This document shows positions 18,540 through 27,652 of a stretch of DNA of 64,000 nucleotides, one piece after another (the stretch's first letter is position 1; every line of letters starts with the position of its first letter). Under the pieces are notes generated by a model. That model saw only the letters and a list, made by a program, of their open reading frames with translations. It ran no database searches and was not told the origin of the DNA. The stretch is from Thermodesulfobacteriota bacterium (GTDB taxonomy: Bacteria; Desulfobacterota; Desulfobaccia; Desulfobaccales; 0-14-0-80-60-11). Both the position numbers and the translations under genes were made by a program. Location of the stretch: contig JBFLXM010000004.1 in NCBI GenBank assembly GCA_040757175.1, forward strand, positions 15,023 through 79,022, in the 5' to 3' direction.

Positions 18540-18962
18540 ATGCTGGCTCCCGAGGAAGTCTCTTACCGCCTTCGCCTAGTCTTGGGATTTCTTGAAGAAG
18601 CCCGCCAGGATTTCACCTTGGAGCGGTGGCGCTCATGTGTCGATAATAGCCAGTTGGCCACGGAAAACGCAGCGAAGGCTGTGTTGGCGCTTTTGGGGCC
18701 AGTGGGGCGCACGCACAATCCCTCTTTATTATTACGAGAAGCATTGGCAGGAGGAGAATTCCCGGCGGAAATTTCTTCACAAGTGGAACGCCTGGCAGAA
18801 TGTGCTGAGCTTTTGGGGCCAGATATCCATGTGCAAAGCGATTATGGTGATGAGGCTGGCGGACGTACTCCGTGGGAATTGTTCGACCAGGACACAGCCC
18901 GCCAAGCTCTTGACCTCGCAGAGGAGGTTGCTGAATTATCTCAGAAGGTTTTGACCACATGA
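18540..18962 (+). CDS. HEPN-domain protein (HepT-like toxin partner of the MNT)
   Basis: It is about 140 aa and all-helical, starts 3 nt after the MNT stop, and has the segment AENAAKAVLALLGPVGRTHNPSLLL typical of PF05168-type HEPN proteins. The pairing with the MNT supports the call. Confidence 0.7.
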   Translation: MLAPEEVSYRLRLVLGFLEEARQDFTLERWRSCVDNSQLATENAAKAVLALLGPVGRTHNPSLLLREALAGGEFPAEISSQVERLAECAELLGPDIHVQSDYGDEAGGRTPWELFDQDTARQALDLAEEVAELSQKVLTT

Positions 18963-19094
18963 TATAGGCCTGGTAGCCGTTGATTCAAGGCCAGGAAACC
19001 GACATGTCTGGCAGATTTTTAAAAACCTACTAACGATACCTCCTAACCGTTGATTGTCTGTAAATTTTATTAAAGCGTAAGCGTTTGGTTTTAC

Positions 19095-19182
19095 TGGTGC
19101 CTGGGGCCGGACTCGAACCGGCACAGGCGCGAGGCCCGAGGGATTTTAAGTCCCTTGCGTCTACCCGTTCCGCCACCCAGGC
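19095..19182 (-). tRNA. tRNA-Leu (anticodon UAA), intact, with encoded CCA
   Basis: The reverse strand reads GCCTGGGTGGCGGAACGGGTAGACGCAAGGGACTTAAAATCCCTCGGGCCTCGCGCCTGTGCCGGTTCGAGTCCGGCCCCAGGCACCA. It has a 7-bp acceptor stem, anticodon loop CTTAAAA, a long variable arm and T-loop TTCGAGT. Confidence 0.9.
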
Positions 19183-19253
19183 TCTTTAGTAATTTCAATA
19201 AGTGGTCAATTTGTGGTAAGGGCAAAAAAAAGCTTTGGTGTCCATATCGGTGT

Positions 19254-19543
19254 CTATCTTGCCCCTGCCAAGGCTTTAAGCTCTTCTTCGCTTACCTTGT
19301 TATCGCGTTGGAACACCTGCATGGTTTTAGGCCCACTCGCCGCCATTATACGGAAGTAGTCATGCCCCTGCAACCGCCAGTTGTTAATAGCCATATCCAG
19401 AAGTTGTGAAAAGTGAAATTTTCTATCCCGGGCTGTTTGCAAGCCCTATCGAATATTACGCGGCAGGAAGTTATCGGTTGGCCGCCCCGGGTGAATACTT
19501 TCACCCCTGGCAGGGCCCGGGGCCTGGCGCTGGACTCTGCCAC
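19254..19543 (-). pseudogene. Decayed tyrosine-recombinase (integrase) C-terminal remnant
   Basis: Two frames carry box-II-like fragments: ENFTFHNFWIWLLTTGG (compare FTFHDLRHTFAS.L...G) and GHDYFRIMAASGPKTMQVFQRDNKVSEEELKAL (compare GVDL..IQ.LLGH.SI.MT.RY.HL..E.L). It is frameshifted, catalytic residues are lost and the N-terminal domain is missing. Confidence 0.45.
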
Positions 19544-19708
19544 CAGTTTAGGAGACCAGGTCGAAGACAGACTTCCAGGTCTAAATTTTCAGGTTATGCC
19601 GCTTTTTGCACTCGGGACACCCTGTTAAGACCACTACATCCTGCTTTCCCCAAGGGTTCTCTGGGCCCTGAAACTTTTGTTTACCGTTATGCCCAGGAAG
19701 GCCTCTGG

Positions 19709-20023
19709 TTAGCGTTCAATTTCAATTCGAAGAGTAGGGCCGCCTTTACGCGAAGTTAAATAACACGTGCCCAAGCCTCTCACCCTTCCGTCATAGGTAT
19801 CATCGTTTTTCTCGTCGGAAATCTCTATCACACCCATCTTATTGACATAACCAGACATTATTGCTTTACCATAATTGTTATAGATTACCACATGGCCTTT
19901 ATCATCAACCCAACCTTGATAGACTTTTCCTCCTTGATAAACAGTCACACTTCCTGAAATCCCTTGCTGAACAGTAAATAATCCAATAATAACCACCATT
20001 AATAGAATAGCTAATGTTCTCAT
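19709..20023 (-). CDS. Small secreted or membrane-anchored hypothetical protein (low GC)
   Basis: The N-terminal hydrophobic signal is MRTLAILLMVVIIGLFTV. I recognise no family for it. It lies inside the island. Confidence 0.45.
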   Translation of the reverse strand: MRTLAILLMVVIIGLFTVQQGISGSVTVYQGGKVYQGWVDDKGHVVIYNNYGKAIMSGYVNKMGVIEISDEKNDDTYDGRVRGLGTCYLTSRKGGPTLRIEIER

Positions 20024-20200
20024 GTTGCCGCATCCTTATTGGGTTATGGGGCCACAAGAGGCCACTGTGTGTCTATCTTTCCTTTTATTCCTGTTAAATC
20101 CTGCTTTCTTATGCACACTAGCACAAGTGCCAATTAATTGCAACCGCTAAATATTGTTTAATACTGCCAAGTCCTGCCAACCCCCTTTTTTTGCTTTTTC

Positions 20201-20234
20201 AGTCCCTTGCGTCTATCCGTTCCAACACCCAGGC
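20201..20234 (-). pseudogene. 5-prime half of a tRNA-Leu gene (5-prime end to anticodon loop), decayed; att-like island boundary
   Basis: The reverse strand reads GCCTGGGTGTTGGAACGGATAGACGCAAGGGACT, matching nt 1-34 of the intact tRNA with 3 mismatches that break the D-stem. Confidence 0.7.
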
Positions 20235-20314
20235 AGAATATACAATTTTTGACATTTTTTTGGTCTGGTACCCGCCATCATTCGCAAGCAGCCGCGGCCC
20301 CGCAACCGCCAGTT

Positions 20315-20413
20315 ATACTGTTTTCGGTTTTCGGTTTTCAGTTTTCGGTTAAAAGATTGTCAATTATCAATAAGTTAGTGGTTTGGTTTGTTGCGGCAGA
20401 ATCCGAACTTGGT
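20315..20413. mobile_element. MITE family B, copy 1 (99 bp; TACTG(TTTTCGG)n...CGAACTTGGTA; TSD TTA)
   Basis: It is homologous to 48244-48342 and 59022-59113 and is flanked by TTA/TTA. Confidence 0.7.
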
Positions 20414-20515
20414 ATTAGTTATGGGAGGCGAAAAAGGGCGCGCCCGGGCAGGTCACCAAAATTTCAGGCGGACATGCAGTCCGCCCCGTAAAAACTAGAT
20501 TCACTGCAAAGACCC

Positions 20516-22843
20516 TCATTCCTCTCCGGAATCCAGGACCCGGCGGATGGCCTTGGCAAAATCCGCGATTTTCGCAGGTTTCATGAGGAATTCCCGGATG
20601 TTCAGTTCCCGGGCGGTTTCCGGGGAAACGGTTTCATTGAAGCCGGAGCAGAGGATGATGGGCAGGTCCGGGCGGATCTTGACAAAGTCGGCTGCCAGTT
20701 CCACCCCCGTCATCTGGGGCATGGTCAGGTCGGTAATCACCAGATCGAAATCCTGGGGGCGGCTGTGGAACAACTCCTGGGCCTCCACGCTACTGTTCAG
20801 GGCCGTAACCTGATAGCCCAGATGGGACAGGAGCCTGCGCCCCACCTCCGCCACCTGGCGTTCGTCTTCCACATACAGAATCCGCTCCCTTCCCAGGCAA
20901 AGAGGCTCCGCCTTTTCGGCGGTGCGGGTGATGCGGGTTTTCAGCCGGGGCAGATAGACTTGAAAGCTGGAGCCTTGGCCCGGATTGCTCTCCACCATGA
21001 TGGCTCCCCCTAGCCGGGAGACGATACCGTGGACCACCGCCAGCCCCAGGCCCGTGCCTTCGCCCTGTTCTTTGGTGGTGAAATACGGCTCAAAGATGCG
21101 CTCCCGGACCTGGGGTTCCATGCCCGGGCCGGTGTCGCTGACCACCAGCCGCAGGTACGATCCGGCAGGGAGCTGGAGGGAAGCCCCGGCCTCGTAGTCG
21201 CCCAAAAGGGTGTTGTCCAGGGTCACTTCCAGGACGCCCCCCCGTTCCTGCATGGCCTGGCAGGCATTGGTGCACAGGTTCATGATTACCTGATGGATCT
21301 GTGTGGGATCGGCCAGAACTGCGCCGCTCCGGTCATCGATCCGGGTGCGGATCTTAATGGTGGTGGGCAAGGTGGGCCGGATCAGGGTCAGCACCTCCTT
21401 CAAGATGAGGTGGACCTGCACCCGCTCCTCCTTTTGATCGATGCTGCGGGTGAAGGTGAGGATTTGGCGCACCGCGTCCTGGGCCCGTTTCCCGGCCTGC
21501 AAGATCTCCTGGAGATTGGCTTTGATCTTATCCGGATCAGGGTCCTTTGCCAGGAAAAGCAGGGTCAACTCCACATTCCCCTGGATGGCCGCCAGGATAT
21601 TGTTGAAATCGTGGGCAATGCCTCCAGCCAGGGTGCCGATGGCCTCCAACTTTTGGGACTGGCGCAGTTGTTCTTCCAGTTTGGCCTTTTCCAGGTCCGC
21701 CACCTTTTTGTCGTGGATGTCCAAGGCATGCCCCAGGATGACGTCCCGCCCCCGGTAATTGATGGGCAGCGCCAGCATTTCCAGCCACCTGCTCTCCCCG
21801 TTCTTGGTCAGCCATCGCAATTCCTGGTAAGCCATGGGCGATTCTCCCCGGGCCAATGAACCCAGCAAGTCTTGAAAATGTTCCCGGTCCTCCGGAGAGA
21901 TGATTTCATGAAGTTTGACTCCCAGCAAATCCTGGGGAGTGTAGCCGTAATTGCCAATGGCCTTTTTGTTGACATAAATGATATAGCCGTTCTCGACGAT
22001 CAAAATGATGGCCAGGGAATATTCCGTGAGCAGCCGGTAGCGCTCCTCCGAATCCTTCAGGGCCGCCAGGGTGGAGTGGAGCCGGTGCTGGTCATCTTCC
22101 AGACTGTCCACCATGGTGTCGAAGGCCAGGGCCACCTGGCCGATCTCGTCCCGGCGGTCCATCTGCAGTTTCTGGAAATCGCCCTTGGCCAGGACCTCGG
22201 TGGCGTTAATGATCTGCTTCAAGGGAAGGGTCACCCGCCAGTGAAAGACCAGGAAGACCGCCAGCACCAGGAAGGTGAAAACTCCCAAGGTGCCCAGATA
22301 GAGGATGGTCCTGGTCAGAGCGATGGGCTTCAGGTAGTCCTTCTCATAAATAAAGCTGACGATTTGCCACTTCCAAGAAGGGAAGTAGCGGTGATGCAAT
22401 TTCACCCACTGCCCGGCCACCAGGTCATCCGCCAGGGCCTCCCGGGTGGATCTTGGCAACTGGGGCAGCAGGGATTCCCCGGGGGGGAGTTTCAGGGAGG
22501 CTCCCAATACCGTCTCTTTTTCATCGAACACCAGTATGTGAAGATTGTGCAGTCTGGAGCTGATCTGCATAATCTCGGCAATGGCTTCCTTCTTCAAAGC
22601 AGCCATCGTTTCCTGATCGTCTTCCAACTGTAACTCTTGGACTTCTTTTAACTTTTTCTCGCAGATGCCGATTCCCAGGTAGGTGGCCAGGTGCAATTCG
22701 GCCTCCATCCTCTTTTCCAACGGGGAAATCAGGGGGGGCGTCAAATAGTAGATCAGAATCGTGGAAAAGATAATGCCCGCCAGTAATACCGGCCACAGGA
22801 TGGACCAGGCGATCCTTTTGGTGGGGGACACGATGATTTTCAT
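20516..22843 (-). CDS. Hybrid sensor histidine kinase (TM sensor, HAMP, PAS, HisKA, HATPase, C-terminal receiver)
   Basis: The H-box is GGIAHDFNNILAAIQG. The ATPase motifs are DTGPGM and GTGLGLAVV. The receiver reads ILYVEDE...DLVITDLTMPQMTG. TTG(22846) and ATG(22843) are adjacent candidate starts. Confidence 0.85.
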   Translation of the reverse strand: MKIIVSPTKRIAWSILWPVLLAGIIFSTILIYYLTPPLISPLEKRMEAELHLATYLGIGICEKKLKEVQELQLEDDQETMAALKKEAIAEIMQISSRLHNLHILVFDEKETVLGASLKLPPGESLLPQLPRSTREALADDLVAGQWVKLHHRYFPSWKWQIVSFIYEKDYLKPIALTRTILYLGTLGVFTFLVLAVFLVFHWRVTLPLKQIINATEVLAKGDFQKLQMDRRDEIGQVALAFDTMVDSLEDDQHRLHSTLAALKDSEERYRLLTEYSLAIILIVENGYIIYVNKKAIGNYGYTPQDLLGVKLHEIISPEDREHFQDLLGSLARGESPMAYQELRWLTKNGESRWLEMLALPINYRGRDVILGHALDIHDKKVADLEKAKLEEQLRQSQKLEAIGTLAGGIAHDFNNILAAIQGNVELTLLFLAKDPDPDKIKANLQEILQAGKRAQDAVRQILTFTRSIDQKEERVQVHLILKEVLTLIRPTLPTTIKIRTRIDDRSGAVLADPTQIHQVIMNLCTNACQAMQERGGVLEVTLDNTLLGDYEAGASLQLPAGSYLRLVVSDTGPGMEPQVRERIFEPYFTTKEQGEGTGLGLAVVHGIVSRLGGAIMVESNPGQGSSFQVYLPRLKTRITRTAEKAEPLCLGRERILYVEDERQVAEVGRRLLSHLGYQVTALNSSVEAQELFHSRPQDFDLVITDLTMPQMTGVELAADFVKIRPDLPIILCSGFNETVSPETARELNIREFLMKPAKIADFAKAIRRVLDSGEE

Positions 22844-23161
22844 CAATTGGCCTGCCGCGGCTCCTTAAAACCGGAGGCTCGCGGTTGGCATGGAGTCGGG
22901 GGCAACAAATCTCCCGGGCAGTCGCGCATGAGCCGTGGGATCATCAGTAAATTATGATAACTTCATCGGCGGATTGTCGTAATTATTTAAATTATTTCCT
23001 GACCCTCGTTAAGGCCCGTGGACAGGCGCATTTCTGCCAATAAGGCAGGGGATCGTGGTAAGGGGCATTTTCCGGAGGAGCGGGTATCGTGCCTTAATCC
23101 AGAGAAATTGGGGGGCCGTGCCCACCCTGCATTACCTGCCTTAACTTTGAACCTGGAACCA

Positions 23162-23291
23162 GAGACCTCTGCGAAAGTCTCAGGCGGAACAGCCGCCCTC
23201 GGCTGTCCACCCTTCTTTAAGTAGCAGGCGAGGGCGCCTGCTCCACATTTTGGTTAAAAAGAAGATCAATTGAGACTTTCGCAGAGGTCTC
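23162..23291. mobile_element. MITE family A, copy 1
   Basis: It has GAGACCTCTGCGAAAGTCTCA ... TGAGACTTTCGCAGAGGTCTC TIRs. The flanking 5-mers are AACCA / AACTA. Confidence 0.8.
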
Positions 23292-23360
23292 AACTAGCAA
23301 CTTTTCAGGACCGGGAGGCAGGGTCCCCAGAACCCATGTCCCTCCCCTGCCCTCCCCCGC

Positions 23361-23389
23361 TTGACAAAGCCCGGCCCATAGGATTAAAT
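23361..23389 (+). promoter_or_regulatory. Sigma70-type promoter candidate upstream of accC
   Basis: It reads TTGACA (23361-23366), a 17-nt spacer, then TTAAAT (23384-23389). Confidence 0.4.
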
Positions 23390-23428
23390 ATGGATAAAAT
23401 CCCGCATATTTAAAGGGTTTCCTTCAAT

Positions 23429-24862
23429 ATGGGCCTTTTTCAAAAAGTCATGGTGGCCAACCGGGGCGAGATCGCGGTGCGCATCATCCGGGCCTGCAAA
23501 GAGCTGGGTATCCCCACGGTCACCGTTTTCACCGAACAGGACGCCAACGCCATTCACATCACCAAGGCCGACCAGGCCCTCCTGGTAAGCCCCGGGCCGG
23601 TGGCCGGTTATCTGGACTATGCCCAGATCATCAACGTGGCCAAATGGGCCGGGGCCGACGCCATTCACCCGGGCTACGGCTTCGGCGCGGAGAACTGGCA
23701 ATTCGCCCAGGCCGCGGCGGACGCGGGCCTCACCTTCATCGGCCCGCCCCCTGAGGCCATGCGCCAGATGGGGGACAAGGTCCTGGCCCGGAAACTCGCG
23801 GACGCCGCGGGCTTGCCCACGGTGCCCGGCTCCCCGGTAATCGAGTCCGAAGACCAGGCCAAAGAATGGGCCGCCAGGATCGGCTTCCCCATGCTCATTA
23901 AGGCCAAGGGCGGCGGCGGCGGCCGGGGCATGCGCCGGGTGGATACCCTGGAGCAACTCCTGAACAGCCTCCAGGGCGCGTCCCGGGAGGCAGCCCGCAA
24001 CTTCGGAGACCCCGCGGTTTATCTCGAAAAACTGATTCTGGAGCCCAAGCACATCGAGATCCAGATCCTGGGGGACAAGCACGGCAACCTCATCCACCTG
24101 GGGGAGCGGGATTGTTCCATCCAGCGGCGCCATCAAAAGATCATCGAGATCGCGCCGTCGCTAGTCCTCACTCCTGAGAAGCGCGTGGAGATGGGGGAGC
24201 TGGCCAAAAAAGCGGCCGCGCTTCTCAGCTACCACTCCGTGGGCACCATGGAATTCCTGGTGGACCCGGACCTCAATTACTATTTCCTGGAGATGAACAC
24301 CCGCATCCAGGTGGAGCATCCCATCACCGAACTCATCACCGGCATCGACCTGGTGGCCGAGCAGATCAAGGCCGCGGCCGGGGAGCGCCTAACTATCAAA
24401 CAGGAAGACGTGCGTCTCAACGGCTATGCCATTGAGTGCCGCATCAACGCCGAGGACCCCCGCAACAACTTCTTCCCCTCCCCGGGGCGCATCACCCGCT
24501 ACCAGTCCCCCGGGGGCATCGGCATCCGCCTGGACGGCTGCGTCTTCGGGGGCTACGAAGTGCCCCCTTATTTCGACCCCCTGCTGGCCAAGCTCTGCGC
24601 CTGGGGCAACACCTGGGAAGAGGTCCTGAACCGCATGGACCGGGCCCTGGAGGAATACATCATCCGGGGCATCAAGACCACCATCCCCTTTTACCGCCAG
24701 GTCCTGAAACACGAGGACTTTAGGTCGGGCCTCTTCACCACCAACTTCCTGGCGGAAAAGATGCCCTCCCTGACCTACAAGGACACCCGGGAACCCTGGG
24801 ACCTCTTCTACGTGGCCGGGGCCACCCTGTTTTGTGAATTGAATCAGATTGCCAAAAAGTAG
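23429..24862 (+). CDS. accC: Biotin carboxylase (acetyl-CoA / pyruvate carboxylase subunit A type)
   Basis: The N-terminus is KVMVANRGEIAVRIIRACKELGI, followed by an ATP-grasp region (KAKGGGGGRGMR, EMNTRIQVEHPITE). Confidence 0.9.
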   Translation: MGLFQKVMVANRGEIAVRIIRACKELGIPTVTVFTEQDANAIHITKADQALLVSPGPVAGYLDYAQIINVAKWAGADAIHPGYGFGAENWQFAQAAADAGLTFIGPPPEAMRQMGDKVLARKLADAAGLPTVPGSPVIESEDQAKEWAARIGFPMLIKAKGGGGGRGMRRVDTLEQLLNSLQGASREAARNFGDPAVYLEKLILEPKHIEIQILGDKHGNLIHLGERDCSIQRRHQKIIEIAPSLVLTPEKRVEMGELAKKAAALLSYHSVGTMEFLVDPDLNYYFLEMNTRIQVEHPITELITGIDLVAEQIKAAAGERLTIKQEDVRLNGYAIECRINAEDPRNNFFPSPGRITRYQSPGGIGIRLDGCVFGGYEVPPYFDPLLAKLCAWGNTWEEVLNRMDRALEEYIIRGIKTTIPFYRQVLKHEDFRSGLFTTNFLAEKMPSLTYKDTREPWDLFYVAGATLFCELNQIAKK

Positions 24863-24904
24863 AAGAAGTTGGTTCATAGTTAGATATGGGTAAAAAAATC
24901 CGCC

Positions 24905-27652
24905 ATGAGCCGGATGGAATCAAAAAATGATTGCTGGTGGTGCTTACTGGGGGCCGCGCTGGGGTTGACGGCCGTCCTGGCGGCAGCCTCATCCCGGGCG
25001 GCTGATCTTCATGTTGACGGGGGCGCCACCTATACGGTCACCGGCAATGTCTCCTTCAATAACGCCTATATCGGCGACTTATCCACCGGCACCTTAAACC
25101 AGGGAAATTTCACCAACAGCCTTACAGGCAGCCTCTTCCTGGGCTATAACCCCGGCAGCACCGGCATCTATAACTTGAGCGGCGGCAGCCTGGCGGTGGC
25201 TGGCGGGGAGATAGTCGGCAACTACGGCAGCGGTGTCTTCAACCAAAGCGGCGGCGCCAATGCTTGCGGCAATCTCACCCTGGGATATAGAGCCGGCAGC
25301 CATGGCACCTATAATCAGAGCGACGGCACTAATACCGTATCCGGCATCCTGTTCCTAGGTTACCACTCGGGCGGCGGCGGCGTTTACACTCTGAATGGCG
25401 GCAGTCTCTCTGCCGGGTTTGAATATATCGGCAGTCACGGGTTTGGCCTTTTTACTCAAAACGGCGGCGCCAATACCATTAGCAATAACCTTCTTTTGGG
25501 CGAAAGTTCCGGCAGCAGCGGCACCTATAACCTCAACAGTGGTAGCCTGCAGGCCCCTAACCAATTGGTAGGAAGCCACGGAAACGGCATTTTTAATCAG
25601 AACGGCGGCAGTAATACCATCAACAAAGGTCCCGGCCTTATCGGTCTCGTCTTAGGTTTTTGGAATGACGGCAACGGCACTTATAACCTCAACAATGGCA
25701 GCCTCTCCGCGTGGTCCGAGACCATCGGCAGGTTGGGAGCCGGCACCTTCAATCAGAGCAACGGCACGAACCAGGTTTCAGAGGACCTCATTGTGGGCCT
25801 GGGGAACGGCCTGACTGGCAGCGGCACCTATAATTTGGGCGGCGGTAAATTGTCTGCGGACAACGTCTGTGTAGGCTACGCTGGCACCGGCGCCTTCAAC
25901 CAAAGCGGCGGTAGCAATACGGTGGCCCATGACCTGGTTCTTGGCTGCAATACCACCGGTGTCGGCGTCTATAACCTGAGCGGCGGCACTCTCTCAGTCC
26001 TCAACGAGGTTATCGGTTACTCCGGCCAAGGTTCCTTCCTCCAAACGGGCGGCGTCCACTCCATAGCCGGGAACCTGACCCTGGGCGCCAATTCCGGGGG
26101 CCGCGGCAGTCTGAGCTTATTGGGGGGCAGCCTCGCGGTGGGCGGTAACTACGCCCAGAATGCCAACAGCAGCCTGGCCTTGGGCATCGTTTCCCCGTCC
26201 AACTATCAAAGGATTAATATCGGCGGCACCGCCTCCCTGGGCGGCACGCTGACCCCGGTGCTCCTGGGCGACCGCCCCCGGGGAAACCAGGTCTACACTG
26301 TCCTGACGGCTGCGGGCGGCCTTTCCGGGACCTTCACCCTCACCAACCCCTGGATCAACCCTACTCTGTACTGGCAACAACGCTATAACGCCGACAGCCT
26401 CGACCTCCGGGTGAACCGGGACTACGACCACCCGGGGCTCGGCTTGAACTCGAACCAGGCGGCCGTGGGCTTCATGCTCAATAACCTGGCGGAGACCGCG
26501 TCCGGCGATCTGGACACGGTGTTGAACGCCATTGATAATCTGCCCACCAGCGGTGGCGTGCAAGACGCGTTCAAGCAAATCTCCCCGGACAAGGCCGCAG
26601 CCCTGACCACGTTGGGCTTCGCGGGGGCCACCTTCCAGATGCGGAATCTCGCCACCCGCATCACCAACCTGCGCTTCCGCGGGGATAATTTCGGCCAGAG
26701 AGGCGGCCTGGGGAGCCTGGACCTGAATGCCTCCCGGGAAAGCGGGGTCATGCTGGCCTATAACGGTACCAGACTCCCGGGCTTGCTCCGCGTCAAGAAG
26801 AAACCCCCGGCGCCGGAGAGCCGTTGGGGCTTTTTCGGGGACGGCGGCGCCGCGTTCGGGGCCCAGGAGAACACGGTGAACCAGACGGGCTTTGATTTTA
26901 CCCTGGCCGGCTTCACCGCGGGCGGCGATTACCGGGTAACCGACCATCTCCTCCTGGGCCTGGCCACCGGCTACAGCCATGCGGCCGCGGGTTTCCGGGG
27001 CTCCGGGGGCGCCCTCAACGCCAATACCTGGCCCCTGAACGCCTATGCCGCCTATCTCCCCGGCTCCTTTTACGCCTACGGCTCCCTGGGCTACGCCCTC
27101 AACCTCTTCGACCTGGAGCGGGGCCTCAACTTCGGGGGTTTGTCACGCACCGCCAAAAGCTCCACCACCGGGCACCAGTTCAATGCCTACGGCGAGACGG
27201 GCTACGATCTTAAGGTCTGGCGCTATATCCTTACCCCCGCGGCCACCCTGGCCTACTCCCACATCTGGGTGGACGCGTTCACGGAAGATGATGCCGGGGC
27301 CTTGAACCTCCAGGTCGGCCCCCAAAACGCGGATTCCCTGCAAACGGGAGTGGGGGGGCGCCTGACCCTGCCCCTTAAGGTGGCCCGGGTCAATCTGGCG
27401 CCCCAGGCCTATGCCTTCTATCAACACGAGTTCGCCAATGGCAGCCGGGGCCTCAACGCCGGCCTCAGCCAGGCCGGCAGCACCTTCAGCTTCAGGACCG
27501 ACGCGCCCCAAAGGGACTTTGCGGTGCTGGGCGCGGCGGTGGCCGCGGAATTAACACCAAACCTCTGGGCCCGGGTCAATTACAGCGCGGAGGTGGGGCG
27601 CTCCACCTACACCGCCCATTACCTCCAGGCCGGCCTGCGTTATGAATTTTAG
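24905..27652 (+). CDS. Autotransporter outer-membrane protein with repetitive passenger domain
   Basis: The signal peptide ends ...AAASSRAADL. About 8 modules of roughly 43 aa repeat G.YNL.GGSL....IG..G.G.FNQ.GG.N. The C-terminal beta-barrel ends in LRYEF. Confidence 0.85.
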   Translation: MSRMESKNDCWWCLLGAALGLTAVLAAASSRAADLHVDGGATYTVTGNVSFNNAYIGDLSTGTLNQGNFTNSLTGSLFLGYNPGSTGIYNLSGGSLAVAGGEIVGNYGSGVFNQSGGANACGNLTLGYRAGSHGTYNQSDGTNTVSGILFLGYHSGGGGVYTLNGGSLSAGFEYIGSHGFGLFTQNGGANTISNNLLLGESSGSSGTYNLNSGSLQAPNQLVGSHGNGIFNQNGGSNTINKGPGLIGLVLGFWNDGNGTYNLNNGSLSAWSETIGRLGAGTFNQSNGTNQVSEDLIVGLGNGLTGSGTYNLGGGKLSADNVCVGYAGTGAFNQSGGSNTVAHDLVLGCNTTGVGVYNLSGGTLSVLNEVIGYSGQGSFLQTGGVHSIAGNLTLGANSGGRGSLSLLGGSLAVGGNYAQNANSSLALGIVSPSNYQRINIGGTASLGGTLTPVLLGDRPRGNQVYTVLTAAGGLSGTFTLTNPWINPTLYWQQRYNADSLDLRVNRDYDHPGLGLNSNQAAVGFMLNNLAETASGDLDTVLNAIDNLPTSGGVQDAFKQISPDKAAALTTLGFAGATFQMRNLATRITNLRFRGDNFGQRGGLGSLDLNASRESGVMLAYNGTRLPGLLRVKKKPPAPESRWGFFGDGGAAFGAQENTVNQTGFDFTLAGFTAGGDYRVTDHLLLGLATGYSHAAAGFRGSGGALNANTWPLNAYAAYLPGSFYAYGSLGYALNLFDLERGLNFGGLSRTAKSSTTGHQFNAYGETGYDLKVWRYILTPAATLAYSHIWVDAFTEDDAGALNLQVGPQNADSLQTGVGGRLTLPLKVARVNLAPQAYAFYQHEFANGSRGLNAGLSQAGSTFSFRTDAPQRDFAVLGAAVAAELTPNLWARVNYSAEVGRSTYTAHYLQAGLRYEF

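Noticed and set aside
19254-19543. A functional integrase for the tRNA-Leu island.
   Set aside because: Only C-terminal box-II-like fragments are present, in two different frames, with key residues substituted (HDLR appears as HNFW) and no N-terminal or core-binding domain. It is therefore annotated as a pseudogene.
19406-19759. The + strand ORFs 19406-19759 and 19413-19628.
   Set aside because: They lie antisense to the integrase remnant and have Pro/Gly/Arg-rich translations, so they are most likely non-coding.
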